Positions 19,469 to 28,654 of a DNA stretch of 64,000 nucleotides are shown in pieces. Numbering within the stretch: the stretch's first letter is position 1; every line of letters starts with the position of its first letter. The DNA is from Thermoproteota archaeon (GTDB taxonomy: Archaea > Korarchaeota > Korarchaeia > Korarchaeales > JAOZGB01), in NCBI GenBank assembly GCA_037917685.1, contig JAVCBU010000011.1, positions 70,190 to 134,189 on the forward strand, given 5' to 3'. The notes under the pieces are model-generated. The model worked only from the letters and a program-made list of their open reading frames with translations, did not search any database and was not told where the DNA came from. The translations under genes and the position numbers were made by a program.

Positions 19469-20545
19469 GCGCTCACCAGCGCTGATATAAGGCTTAATAG
19501 GAGGCCTGTAGCGACAACAGAGCCCACCTGGCCACCTGTGTTTGTGGCCACAGCTACAGGAAGAAGCCAGTTGTCGTGGTTTTCCTCCCTCCCCAGCCCA
19601 TGAGCCGTCCTGGCAGCCATCGGGAAAGCCGAAACTCCGCATGCGCCGACAAGCGGGTTGAAACGTCCACCGCTAAGGTAGTAGACAACCTTGCCAATAA
19701 TTATGCCTGAGCCTATGGCTGACATGAAGGCTATAAGACCGTATGCGAATACTAGCAAGGTGTCAAGCTTCAAGAAGCTTTCAGCTTTGAGTGTATAGCC
19801 TATCCCGAGACCTAGAAGCATAGTTATTATGTTTACAAGCTCGTTCTGTGCTGACTGTGACAATCTATCGGTTACACCTGTTTCCCTTAGGAGATTGCCA
19901 AACATTAGAGAGCCCATTAATGGAAGGCCTTCAGGAGCTACAAGACCCGTTAGCAGGGTTACAACTATGGGGAAGGAGACCTTAAGCCTCCATGGTACTT
20001 CAAACTCTTTAAAAGTCATCCTTACAAGCCTTTCTCTCCTACTTGTTAGAAGCTTTGAAAGGGGCCTCTGTATTATTGGCACCATTGACATGTAAGAGTA
20101 TGCGCAGACTGTGACGGGGCCCAGTAGTTCCGGGGCAAGCCTGCTTGTCAGATATATTGCTGACGGCCCGTCCATAGCCCCAATAATACCTATGCTTGCG
20201 GCCTGCCCCAGGCTGAAGCCTGAGGCCAGGGCGAGGAGTATAGATATGAAAATACCCATCTGCCTCGCTGCTGCAAATACGAGTAGGCTTGGATTAGCGA
20301 TTAATGGCTTAAAATCTATCATAGCTCAACTCCGATAAAGATTAAACAAGGGAAGAGGTCGTTTTCAATGCCAGCCCTATAGAATCTATTCCTCCGTGCG
20401 CTCCGGCCGCAGAGCCTGGAATATTGGCTAAGATAGCCCCAAACCCAATAGGTACAAGTAGGAGGGGCTCGTATTTCTTCCAGATACCTAGGATTACTAA
20501 TGCGAGGCCAAACAATATCATTGCGAGGCTACTCAACCACTGCAA
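19465..20545 (-). pseudogene. mmdB: Na+-translocating decarboxylase beta subunit (OadB/MmdB family), interrupted by two 1-nt frameshifts
   Basis: N-terminal ORF 20342..20545 (KKYEPLLLVPIGFGAILANIP) and C-terminal ORF 19465..20322 (MIDFKPLIANP...). A third-frame segment FYRAGIENDLFPCLIFIGVEL bridges them and restores the conserved IFxGVGAMxDF block if one base is added at each junction. Confidence 0.85.
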
Positions 20546-20909
20546 GAGTCTCCCCCTCTCTAACTTTAGCGCCTTCCCCTACAATCATTTTTAGAACGCC
20601 ATCCCTTGGACTGTATATCTCATTTTCCATCTTCATAGCTTCAAGTATAAGTAAAACATCCCCCTTAGCAACCTTCTCGCCCATTCTTTTCAGAACCTTT
20701 ACTACGGTCCCGGACATTGGAGTCTTTATCTCACCCGGCTCTTCGACGGTGACAGGGGATATATGCCTCCTAGAAGCCGGTTTTACAGATACAGGCTTCG
20801 AAACCTCTGCTGGTTCGGCTATCGGCCTTTCTCTCTCCTCTACGGTTATTTCTTCCACCTCGACAATGAAGGTTTTACCATTTACCTTAACCTTAAATCT
20901 CCTCAGCAT
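20529..20909 (-). CDS. mmdC: biotin carboxyl carrier subunit of the decarboxylase
   Basis: 126 aa. Biotinyl-lysine motif LEAMKMENEI in a C-terminal lipoyl-like domain. Confidence 0.85.
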   Translation of the reverse strand: MLRRFKVKVNGKTFIVEVEEITVEERERPIAEPAEVSKPVSVKPASRRHISPVTVEEPGEIKTPMSGTVVKVLKRMGEKVAKGDVLLILEAMKMENEIYSPRDGVLKMIVGEGAKVREGETLAVVE

Positions 20910-21199
20910 TATCTATCACCCATCTCAATCGTCACCCACGCTGGAAGTCCTGTTCCAGCTTTAATTTTTATCTTTTCAGGCTTTATCTCTTCATACATAG
21001 TCGAAATCGCCGCTATCACCGCCGCGACTTCCTCCAGGCTTTGCCTGTCTTCCTCTACCGGAATTCCGGGTTTTTCCCGGGTAATCGTTTTACCTAGAAG
21101 TTTTAGCAGTAAGGATAATGTAGCCATGACTGCAAATGTCCCTGTTACTCCATACAACAGTATTTTAAGACCGAGGTATATCTGGATCACGCTATCCAC
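20909..21199 (-). CDS. OadG-like small membrane subunit of the decarboxylase
   Basis: 96 aa with a single N-terminal TM helix. TAATG overlap with the mmdC start. Its position matches the delta/gamma anchor subunits of Na+ decarboxylases. Confidence 0.6.
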   Translation of the reverse strand: MDSVIQIYLGLKILLYGVTGTFAVMATLSLLLKLLGKTITREKPGIPVEEDRQSLEEVAAVIAAISTMYEEIKPEKIKIKAGTGLPAWVTIEMGDR

Positions 21200-21228
21200 C
21201 AGGTTAGCTGTTAGTTTTAAACTATTCT

Positions 21229-22179
21229 CTAGCTGGGCTGAGGTTCAAGCCCTACATCTACAATCCTTTTAACACCGTTCCTATATATCTCAAGCCTTAG
21301 AGTCTCACCAGCCTTCCTAAGTTTAACCATTGACTGCAGATCTTCAGCAGAGTTCAGAGGCTCTCCATCAACCCGTGTTATTATATCACCCTCCCTTAAC
21401 CCTGCCTTTGAAGCTGGGCTCCCGGGGAAAACTCTCGAAACCAGCACACCCCTACTCACATGTAGGCCGTAGTAGCGGCTCATCTCCGGTTTAACCGTGA
21501 TCCCGGCAAGCCCTAGCCATGAAGTTATATGCTTCCCATATTTTACAATATCACCTGCGCACCTGACAGCGTCTTCAGATGGGATTGCAAAGCCAATGCC
21601 ATGCGCAAACGGTATCAAGGCTGTATTAACGCCGACAACCTTTCCGTCAAGATTTATCAGGGGGCCTCCGCTGTTCCCGGGGTTTATGGCTGCATCCGTC
21701 TGTATTAGCCCCCTCATTATGCCATACTCCGTCTTGATTGACCTTCCGAGAGCGCTGACTACGCCTAGGGTTACGGTTGGCCCCCCTGTTAGCCCGTAAG
21801 GGTTGCCGACCGCCAGTACTATCATCCCAACCTTTAATCTACTGGTGTCGTCGAAGTCAGCAGGATGAAGCCTTTCCCTTTCAACCTTGATAACCGCAAT
21901 ATCATGTATTTTACAGCTTCCTACGAGCCTACCCTTAGATACAGATCCATCTGTGAATGTGACAGTTATATCTCTAGCCCCATATACTACATGAGTGTTT
22001 GTAAGAATGTAACCATCATCACTAAGCACTATACCCGACCCGACGCCTTTCACAGGTATAGGAGCAAATAGAAGGCCATAGTAGAGCCTAACAGTACTAA
22101 CACTTACCACTGAGGGTTTTATTTTTGCAACAGCAGATACGATAGCATCCTGGTCCAACACGGGATGATATAGCCACAC
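21229..22179 (-). CDS. HtrA/DegP-type serine protease with PDZ domain
   Basis: 316 aa. Catalytic triad contexts TNTHVV, DIAVIKV and GNSGGPLINLDGKVVGVN, with a C-terminal PDZ-like segment. Confidence 0.85.
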   Translation of the reverse strand: MWLYHPVLDQDAIVSAVAKIKPSVVSVSTVRLYYGLLFAPIPVKGVGSGIVLSDDGYILTNTHVVYGARDITVTFTDGSVSKGRLVGSCKIHDIAVIKVERERLHPADFDDTSRLKVGMIVLAVGNPYGLTGGPTVTLGVVSALGRSIKTEYGIMRGLIQTDAAINPGNSGGPLINLDGKVVGVNTALIPFAHGIGFAIPSEDAVRCAGDIVKYGKHITSWLGLAGITVKPEMSRYYGLHVSRGVLVSRVFPGSPASKAGLREGDIITRVDGEPLNSAEDLQSMVKLRKAGETLRLEIYRNGVKRIVDVGLEPQPS

Positions 22180-22192
22180 TTACCATATAAAG

Positions 22193-22780
22193 CTAGGAGT
22201 GTGTAAGCCTGTCTATATCTTTCAGATCTTCAGGACTGTCGATGTCAAGTAGACATGCAGGCTCTGTCTCGACAATCAGCACTTCACTCCTATGCCGTGA
22301 GACAACAGACTTCAACCCGAACGTCTCTTCTCTTATCTCTAATATTTCAGGTATGAGTATGCTACCAAATAGTATTGGATGGCCAGGCCTGCCTTTATAT
22401 CCGGCAACCACTATTGGCTTCCCAGTTGCATTATATGATTTTACAACCTTATCTATTGTATCTACTGTGATGAACGGAACGTCAGCCGGGTGGATAATCA
22501 CAGCATCTGATTCCAGGGCTCTTTCAACCCCTATCCGTACTGAGATGCTCATCCCCTCTTCGTATCTCTCGTTAAGTACGGCTTCAACATTCATTCCCTT
22601 GATCACGGCTAGAATTTCTTGAGCCTGCCATCCAACAACGACTATAACCCTGTCAACCTTTGAATCGTTAAATATTGATAAGACCCTTTCTATAATTGTC
22701 TTTCCACCTATCTTTACCAACAGTTTGTTGCCTGGAAACCTCGTCGACTTTCCGGCGGCAAGTATCACAGCAGATATCAT
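22193..22780 (-). CDS. mocA: MobA/MocA-like molybdenum cofactor nucleotidyltransferase
   Basis: 195 aa. N-terminal AVILAAGKSTRFPGNKLL (NTP_transf_3). Divergent from the molybdoenzyme operon. Confidence 0.75.
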   Translation of the reverse strand: MISAVILAAGKSTRFPGNKLLVKIGGKTIIERVLSIFNDSKVDRVIVVVGWQAQEILAVIKGMNVEAVLNERYEEGMSISVRIGVERALESDAVIIHPADVPFITVDTIDKVVKSYNATGKPIVVAGYKGRPGHPILFGSILIPEILEIREETFGLKSVVSRHRSEVLIVETEPACLLDIDSPEDLKDIDRLTHS

Positions 22781-22842
22781 GGACGCAGCCCCTAATACTG
22801 GAACCCGATATATTTATATTAGCCTTTTGGATTCTACTCACA

Positions 22843-25218
22843 ATGAGCTTTAAGTATATCGGTAAACCAATGTCAAGGATAGACGGCTGGGAAAAGGCTG
22901 GAGGGACAGCCATATACGCATTTGACATTGAGCTCCCGGGGATGCTGTATGCAAAGCTTGTTAGAAGCCCCTACCCACATGCGAGGATAGTGGAGGTCGA
23001 CGGCGGGGATGCTGAAAGGCAGCCGGGGGTTGTAAGAGTAGTCTTTGGAAGGGATGTTCCCTACAAGCTTGGAATATATGTGGGTGACAGGGATGTACTT
23101 GCAAGAGAGAAAGCCTTGTGGTCAGGCCATCCTGTGGCCGCTGTAGTCGCAGAGTCGCTTGAAGCTGCTGAAAAAGCTGCTGAGCTTGTAAAGGTTAAAT
23201 ATGAACCCTTGGACCCCGTGCTTGACCCCCTGGAAGCCTTGAAGCCTGGCGCTCCAATAGTTCATGAAAGGCTGGGGGAGTATAGGAGACTTCCAGTCTT
23301 CAAACCCATACCTGGGACCAATATTGCTAATATCTTCAGGCTTGTCAGAGGAAACATTGAAAGGGGGCTCGAACAAGCTGACCTGGTTGTTGAAAACGAG
23401 TTTTCAATGCCAATGGTAAGCCACGTATACATGGAACCCATGACGGTGGTTGCACACTATAGGCGTGATGGCCAGGTCGAGGTGTGGACAAGCGCACAAT
23501 CACCCTTCACAGTAAGATACCTTACAAGCGTTTCCCTAGGGATACCTCTCCAGAATATTAGGGTTCACGTCCCCTACGTAGGCGGGGGCTTCGGCGGCAA
23601 GGCGGGGCTTAACTTCGAGCCTCTCGTCATACTTTTGTCCAAGCTTTCAGGTTACAGACCCGTAAAGCTCTCCCTCTCAAGGGAGGAGAACTTCACATCT
23701 GCAGCTGTCAGGGTTGGCCTACATGCAAGGATAAAAACAGGAGTCTCGGGTGACGGCGTGATAACAGCTGAGGAAATAAGGTATGTCTTCGACGCAGGCG
23801 CATATGCTGACTACGCGGTAAACGTGGGTAGAGCAGCGGGCTACGCCGGGGTAGGCCCCTATGAGATCCCGAACGTCAAGGTTGAATCCTACACCGTCTA
23901 CACCAATAAGACCTATGCTACTGCGTTTAGGGGGTTCGGCCACATGGAACTCCACTGGTGTGTGGAGAGACAGATGGACATTGTCGCCAGGAAGCTTGGG
24001 ATGGATCCTGTGGAGTTTAGGCTTAAGAACCTTCACAAGCCTGGCAAGTCGATAACGGCGACAGGGGTTAGAGTTAGAGAGGATGCTGGGAGGCCTGACA
24101 AATGCCTCAAAGCCGTCGCTGAAGCCTTAGGCTGGGGGAGGACCCTTGGGAGGCAGGTTAGCCCATGGAAGTATAGGGGTGTAGGGCTTGCGATGTTTAT
24201 GAAGGGGCCCGCCCAGCCTCCCAGCAGCGCTGCCTCGGCCATTATAAGATTTAACGAGGACGGTTCAGCCACCTTGCATGTTGGGACAACAGAGATAGGC
24301 CAGGGTACTCTCACGGCTTTGGCCCAGCTTGCCGCTGAGGAGCTTGGAATACCGTTTGAGATGGTTAAGGTTTCAACCGTGAAGGATACCTTGTTTACAT
24401 CCTATACCTGGCAGACGGTTGGAAGCAGAAGCTTGTTCATGGATGGAAATGCTGTGATAATGGCCGCCAGGGATGCTAGGAGACAGATCTTGGAGAGAGC
24501 GGCAAAGGTTTTTAGGGCTGAACCCTCAGATCTTGAAATTGTTGAGGGTGTGGTTAGAGTTAGGGGGAAGCCTTGGATGAGCGTGGCTGTTAAGGACCTA
24601 GCCATGGGCTACACCTATCCTGACGGGACATCTATAGGCGGCCCCGTAATTGGAAGGGGCTGGTATATTGCAAGGCATATGACAAATCTTGACCCTGAGA
24701 CCGGGCAGGGAAGCCCGACCATTTTTGAAACGTATGGATGCCAGGGCGTTGAGGTTGAGGTTGACATCCTTACAGGGGAGGTTAGGGTTCTCCGGGTTGT
24801 CTCAGCCTTCGATATCGGAAAGGCTGTGAATCCTCTGCTTGTAGAGGGCCAGATAGTTGGGGGTAGTGTCATGGCTATGAGTATAGCCTTAATGGAGGAG
24901 TTAAAATATGGCGAGGGGAGGATGCTAAACCCAAACCTCACAGACTACAAGGTTGCTAGGGCGGGGGACATACCCTGGGAGTTCAAATCAATAATTGTCG
25001 AGACTCCCCAGCTTGACGGTCCCTGCGGGGCCAGGGGTATAGGGGAGCTTACGATGATAGGTGTTCCAGCCGCAATAGGCAATGCAATTTACAATGCTAT
25101 AGGAGTTGAGATCAGAAGTATGCCCCTGTCCGGCGAGCATCTATGGAGGGAGATTCAAAGGCAGAAACCTAGTCTTCTACGTGAGGCTTTAGATAAGCTG
25201 GGGGTGAGCGGTGAATGA
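22843..25218 (+). CDS. xanthine dehydrogenase/CoxL-family molybdopterin-binding large subunit (aldehyde oxidoreductase-type)
   Basis: 791 aa from ATG 22843 (MSFKYIGKPMSRIDG), with a GGGFGGK block. The track ORF start at 22696 overlaps mocA and is rejected. Confidence 0.85.
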   Translation: MSFKYIGKPMSRIDGWEKAGGTAIYAFDIELPGMLYAKLVRSPYPHARIVEVDGGDAERQPGVVRVVFGRDVPYKLGIYVGDRDVLAREKALWSGHPVAAVVAESLEAAEKAAELVKVKYEPLDPVLDPLEALKPGAPIVHERLGEYRRLPVFKPIPGTNIANIFRLVRGNIERGLEQADLVVENEFSMPMVSHVYMEPMTVVAHYRRDGQVEVWTSAQSPFTVRYLTSVSLGIPLQNIRVHVPYVGGGFGGKAGLNFEPLVILLSKLSGYRPVKLSLSREENFTSAAVRVGLHARIKTGVSGDGVITAEEIRYVFDAGAYADYAVNVGRAAGYAGVGPYEIPNVKVESYTVYTNKTYATAFRGFGHMELHWCVERQMDIVARKLGMDPVEFRLKNLHKPGKSITATGVRVREDAGRPDKCLKAVAEALGWGRTLGRQVSPWKYRGVGLAMFMKGPAQPPSSAASAIIRFNEDGSATLHVGTTEIGQGTLTALAQLAAEELGIPFEMVKVSTVKDTLFTSYTWQTVGSRSLFMDGNAVIMAARDARRQILERAAKVFRAEPSDLEIVEGVVRVRGKPWMSVAVKDLAMGYTYPDGTSIGGPVIGRGWYIARHMTNLDPETGQGSPTIFETYGCQGVEVEVDILTGEVRVLRVVSAFDIGKAVNPLLVEGQIVGGSVMAMSIALMEELKYGEGRMLNPNLTDYKVARAGDIPWEFKSIIVETPQLDGPCGARGIGELTMIGVPAAIGNAIYNAIGVEIRSMPLSGEHLWREIQRQKPSLLREALDKLGVSGE

Positions 25219-26045
25219 TTAGCCTTCCATCCCTGTCATATCATAGGCCTAGAACCATCGAGGAGGCTGTAAGCCTCCTCAAGATGTACCGTGGGGAGGC
25301 GAGGGTTCTGGCTGGTGGAACAGACCTAATAGTTGACCTCCGTGCTAGGGCTAAGACGCCGAAACATGTGGTGGATATAAAGGGGATTCCAGAGCTGAAT
25401 AGGATAACTCACTTTGACGATGCTGTTGAGGTGGGGTCTGCCGTAACCCTGGCTGAGATACTTAGAGACGAGCGGATGATTATGTACCAGCCATTGTACA
25501 CTGCTGTCGGGATGATTGCAGACAGGATAATAAGGTTTAGAGCCACCCTCGCCGGTAACATATGTAACGCATCGCCCGCGGCGGATTCGGCTCCAGCTCT
25601 CCTGGTAATGGGGGCTGAGGTTAAAGTTGTAGGCCCAGCTGGGAGGAGAATTATTCCAATCTCAGAGTTCTTCACAGGTGTTAAGAGGACAGACCTTGAA
25701 CCGGATGAGCTTGTGGAATCGATAAGGATACCGAAACCTCCCAGCAATGCCAGGTCTGGCTTCGTGAAGTTTGGAAGAAACATTGAGGACCTTGCAATAG
25801 TCAATGCTGCAGCCATGCTTACAGGCAGGAGGCTAAAAGTCTCCTACGGCTCGGTAGCTCCAACCCCTGTGATGGTTCAGGTTGAGGCTGAAAGCTACGG
25901 AGAAGCTGTTTTTAAAGTTTTGAGTGAAGCCTCGAAGGCCGTTAAGCCTATATCGGATGTCAGAGCATCCGCTGAGTACAGGCATCACCTGGTAAATGTT
26001 GCAACAGCCAAGCTACTGATGAAGATTTATGGTGGGGAAGCATGA
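25215..26045 (+). CDS. FAD-binding medium subunit (CoxM/CutB type)
   Basis: 276 aa. AGGTDLIVDL FAD-binding motif. 4-nt overlap with the large subunit. Confidence 0.85.
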   Translation: MISLPSLSYHRPRTIEEAVSLLKMYRGEARVLAGGTDLIVDLRARAKTPKHVVDIKGIPELNRITHFDDAVEVGSAVTLAEILRDERMIMYQPLYTAVGMIADRIIRFRATLAGNICNASPAADSAPALLVMGAEVKVVGPAGRRIIPISEFFTGVKRTDLEPDELVESIRIPKPPSNARSGFVKFGRNIEDLAIVNAAAMLTGRRLKVSYGSVAPTPVMVQVEAESYGEAVFKVLSEASKAVKPISDVRASAEYRHHLVNVATAKLLMKIYGGEA

Positions 26046-26512
26046 AGGAGATTACGATTAAGGTTAACGGCGAGAAGGTCAGGCTCACCGTTGAGGACAA
26101 TGAGACATTACTGCAGGTGTTAAGGGATAGGCTTAGGATAAAAAGTGTAAAGGCGGCGTGCTGGCGTGGAGAATGCGGCTTGTGCAATGTTCTCCTAGAA
26201 GGAAAGCCTGTTAAGTCCTGCCTCGTGCTCGCCTGCGAGGTGGATGGTTGCAGCATTGTAACAGTTGATGGCCTTTACGACGATCTCTCCGAGAAGTTAA
26301 AAAAGGCATTCGTTGAGGAGGGAGCAATACAATGCGGCTTCTGTACTCCAGCATTCATACTAGCGGCCTACAGCCTCCTAAGAGAGAACCCGAATCCTTC
26401 CAGGGAGGAGGTTGCTGAGGCATTAAATGGCTTGATATGCAGATGCACAGGCTATTACCACATAGTTAAGGCAGTGCTGAAGGCTGCAGGGAGCAGTCAT
26501 ACGGAGGGCTAG
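26042..26512 (+). CDS. [2Fe-2S] small subunit (CoxS/CutC type)
   Basis: 156 aa. CWRGECGLC and CGFCTP...CRC cluster motifs. Confidence 0.9.
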   Translation: MKEITIKVNGEKVRLTVEDNETLLQVLRDRLRIKSVKAACWRGECGLCNVLLEGKPVKSCLVLACEVDGCSIVTVDGLYDDLSEKLKKAFVEEGAIQCGFCTPAFILAAYSLLRENPNPSREEVAEALNGLICRCTGYYHIVKAVLKAAGSSHTEG

Positions 26513-26515
26513 TAC

Positions 26516-27319
26516 ATGCTGAGAGTGCTTGAGGAAGCTTTGAAATTAATGAGGGAAAGAATAGCATTCGCAGTCTGCACGGTGATCGAAAAGAAGGGAT
26601 CCGGACCTGCAAACCCCGGGGATAAAATGATAGTAACACATGAAGGCGGGAGAATCGGCACCCTAGGGGGGTGGAGCTTCGAAAAACTATTCATAGAAGA
26701 AGTCTTAGAGTCCATAAGAAATGGAAATCCAAGGATTGTCGAAGTGGACATAACAGGTAGGGATGGGGGCGGGCTTGAATGTGGGGGCAAGGTTAAAATA
26801 TTCGTCGATGTTTGGAACCCTGACCCCCAACTTGTAGTCTTCGGAGCAGGACACATAGGTAGAGTCCTTGCGAAAATAGCTGAAATTGTAGGTTACAGGG
26901 TCACGGTGGTTGAAACTGAAAAGCAAGCCGTTACGGAGGAGATGGAAAACCTGGTCCTTGTAGAAGACTATGCTAGCTATGCGAGAACAGTAAGGCCTGA
27001 CAGTAAGACCTACATCGTTATTACCGTGGGAGAGGTAGATCCATGCGCCAAAATACTGAGAGAGCTTCTACCAAAGGGTTTTCCCTACATAGGACTCCTA
27101 GGAAGCAGGAGGAAGATCCAAAGGGTTAAAGAGGAGCTTAGAAAATCAGGCCTAGAAGCTGAAATGATAGATAAAGTTAGGGCACCAGTAGGAATAAATA
27201 TTGGCGCTAGAAACCCAGGGGAGATAGCGATAAGCATCATAGCTGAGATCATAAAAATCTCAAGAGAAAGGCCGACCCGAAAAGTTCATCAGCCAAAACT
27301 CAGCCCACATCGGATTTAA
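26516..27319 (+). CDS. xdhC: XdhC/CoxI family molybdoenzyme maturation protein
   Basis: 267 aa. XdhC N-domain plus Rossmann-like VVFGAGHIGRVLA. Confidence 0.8.
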   Translation: MLRVLEEALKLMRERIAFAVCTVIEKKGSGPANPGDKMIVTHEGGRIGTLGGWSFEKLFIEEVLESIRNGNPRIVEVDITGRDGGGLECGGKVKIFVDVWNPDPQLVVFGAGHIGRVLAKIAEIVGYRVTVVETEKQAVTEEMENLVLVEDYASYARTVRPDSKTYIVITVGEVDPCAKILRELLPKGFPYIGLLGSRRKIQRVKEELRKSGLEAEMIDKVRAPVGINIGARNPGEIAISIIAEIIKISRERPTRKVHQPKLSPHRI

Positions 27320-27353
27320 GAAATGTTTATGAAGCATTTAAACCATTAACCTA

Positions 27354-27620
27354 TTGGGAGACATGCTATTCCTACATGGTTCCGATGTTATTGACAGAGT
27401 AGTAAATGTCATCAGTAAGCATCAGGGAGCCTGTCTTCTCATAGTTTACGGAAGCGTCGCTAAAGGAACATATAATCCTAAGAGTGACATCGACCTCGCC
27501 CTTATCTTCAAAGGAAACCTTAAAAAGGTAAAAGAAGAGATTTTGGAGGTGTCAGCAACATACAATGTTCCTATAAGCCTGAAAATCCTAACTCCTGGTA
27601 CTCCTCGGAGAAGAGCCTAA
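27354..27620 (+). pseudogene. minimal nucleotidyltransferase (MNT), apparently C-terminally truncated
   Basis: 88 aa with GSVAKGTYNPKSDIDLAL (G-S-x(n)-D-x-D). It ends in an unrelated tail, TPGTPRRRA. Confidence 0.55.
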
Positions 27621-27873
27621 AACCCATAGTGGGGCCAAAAGAATATTAGGACTTCTACTCGTGAGGGAAGGGCTGACAGATAAGAAATACTCCAGAATAT
27701 TCTCCGAGCTTATGAACGCCAGGGAAGAAAGCGACTACATGCCAATTACAGACTATGACGAAGAGGAAACAGTAAACCTCATAGAAAAGGCAAAGGGATT
27801 TCTGAAGGAGATGGAAAGAATAAGAAACATTATAAGACAAAGAGAACAAAAACTGAGAAAAAAGGTGAAATAA
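27592..27873 (+). pseudogene. HEPN domain protein remnant lacking its N-terminal helices
   Basis: The frame is open from 27592 and reads LLVLLGEEPKTHSGAKRILGLLLVREGLTDKKYSRIFSELMNAREESDY..., the C-terminal two-thirds of a PF05168-type HEPN. No upstream helix 1-2 is present in any frame. Confidence 0.55.
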
Positions 27874-28086
27874 GTTATCAGTCAAGACTAAGACGGCTAT
27901 AACCGGAAGGCAGACTCCACCGGGAAGGAAATACAGGCTTCAGTATGCTTATCTCTCAGCCTAGACGAGAACCAGCCTTGCTAGCCTTGGCGGCAGGGTT
28001 CTGACATTGCTCATCTTATTTGAATTCGAAAATGTAGTGTTATTAATATGAGGAGCTTGAATAGAGCTTAATATCTCATATAATAA

Positions 28087-28608
28087 TTACGTGGATATCG
28101 CCTTTGATATTGCATAGGCTATCAGCCCATATATGGCTCCGCTGGCGGCTGCTAGGAAGATTAGAACCGTGAAGACTCTCGGCGGGTAGACTGATCCCCA
28201 TAGGAGAATGTCTAGTATTATTGAGGGGATTGACGGGAGGGCCCCGGATACTGCCGCCTCCGCCCTGCCGAACCTTTTATAGCGTGTAGCTATATATGGG
28301 ATTTCTGAAAATAGACCCTGAAACCCTGCGTATATTAGCCCTGAGAAGCCGCCTATCTGGGGCATTATGGATTCTACGAAGCCGGCCAGTAATTCTCCAA
28401 GGAACGCTGCCAGGGGCTTTTTGATGATGCTTGCAGCCAGGGGTGCAGCCATGTACCAAATACCGTAGGTTAGAAGTACCGCAACCAGCTTGCCTCCTAC
28501 CGCCTTAATTGCGTAGTATGGCGTCCATGCATATGTAAATACAGCTCCGAATATGGCTGCTATCACGGCTAGGATTGCGAGGTCTACAGTTGTATATCTT
28601 AACTCCAC
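28087..28608 (-). CDS. ECF transporter substrate-capture (S) component, YkoE-like
   Basis: 173 aa, about 6 TM helices, directly downstream of the ECF T and A genes. Confidence 0.55.
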   Translation of the reverse strand: MELRYTTVDLAILAVIAAIFGAVFTYAWTPYYAIKAVGGKLVAVLLTYGIWYMAAPLAASIIKKPLAAFLGELLAGFVESIMPQIGGFSGLIYAGFQGLFSEIPYIATRYKRFGRAEAAVSGALPSIPSIILDILLWGSVYPPRVFTVLIFLAAASGAIYGLIAYAISKAIST

Positions 28609-28654
28609 GGTATCACCATGAATTTTAGGCTGACTTTTACTTTAAATCATACGT

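Noticed and set aside
19469-19642. N-terminal 58-codon extension of the birA ORF.
   Set aside because: It overlaps the C-terminal coding region of mmdB. The ATG at 19466-19468 gives an ATGA overlap with the mmdB stop and a normal BirA N-terminus.
22696-22842. 5' extension of the molybdoenzyme large-subunit ORF (track start 22696).
   Set aside because: The extension overlaps the divergent mocA gene by 85 bp and encodes no conserved sequence. The family-typical N-terminus MSFKYIGKP starts at ATG 22843.
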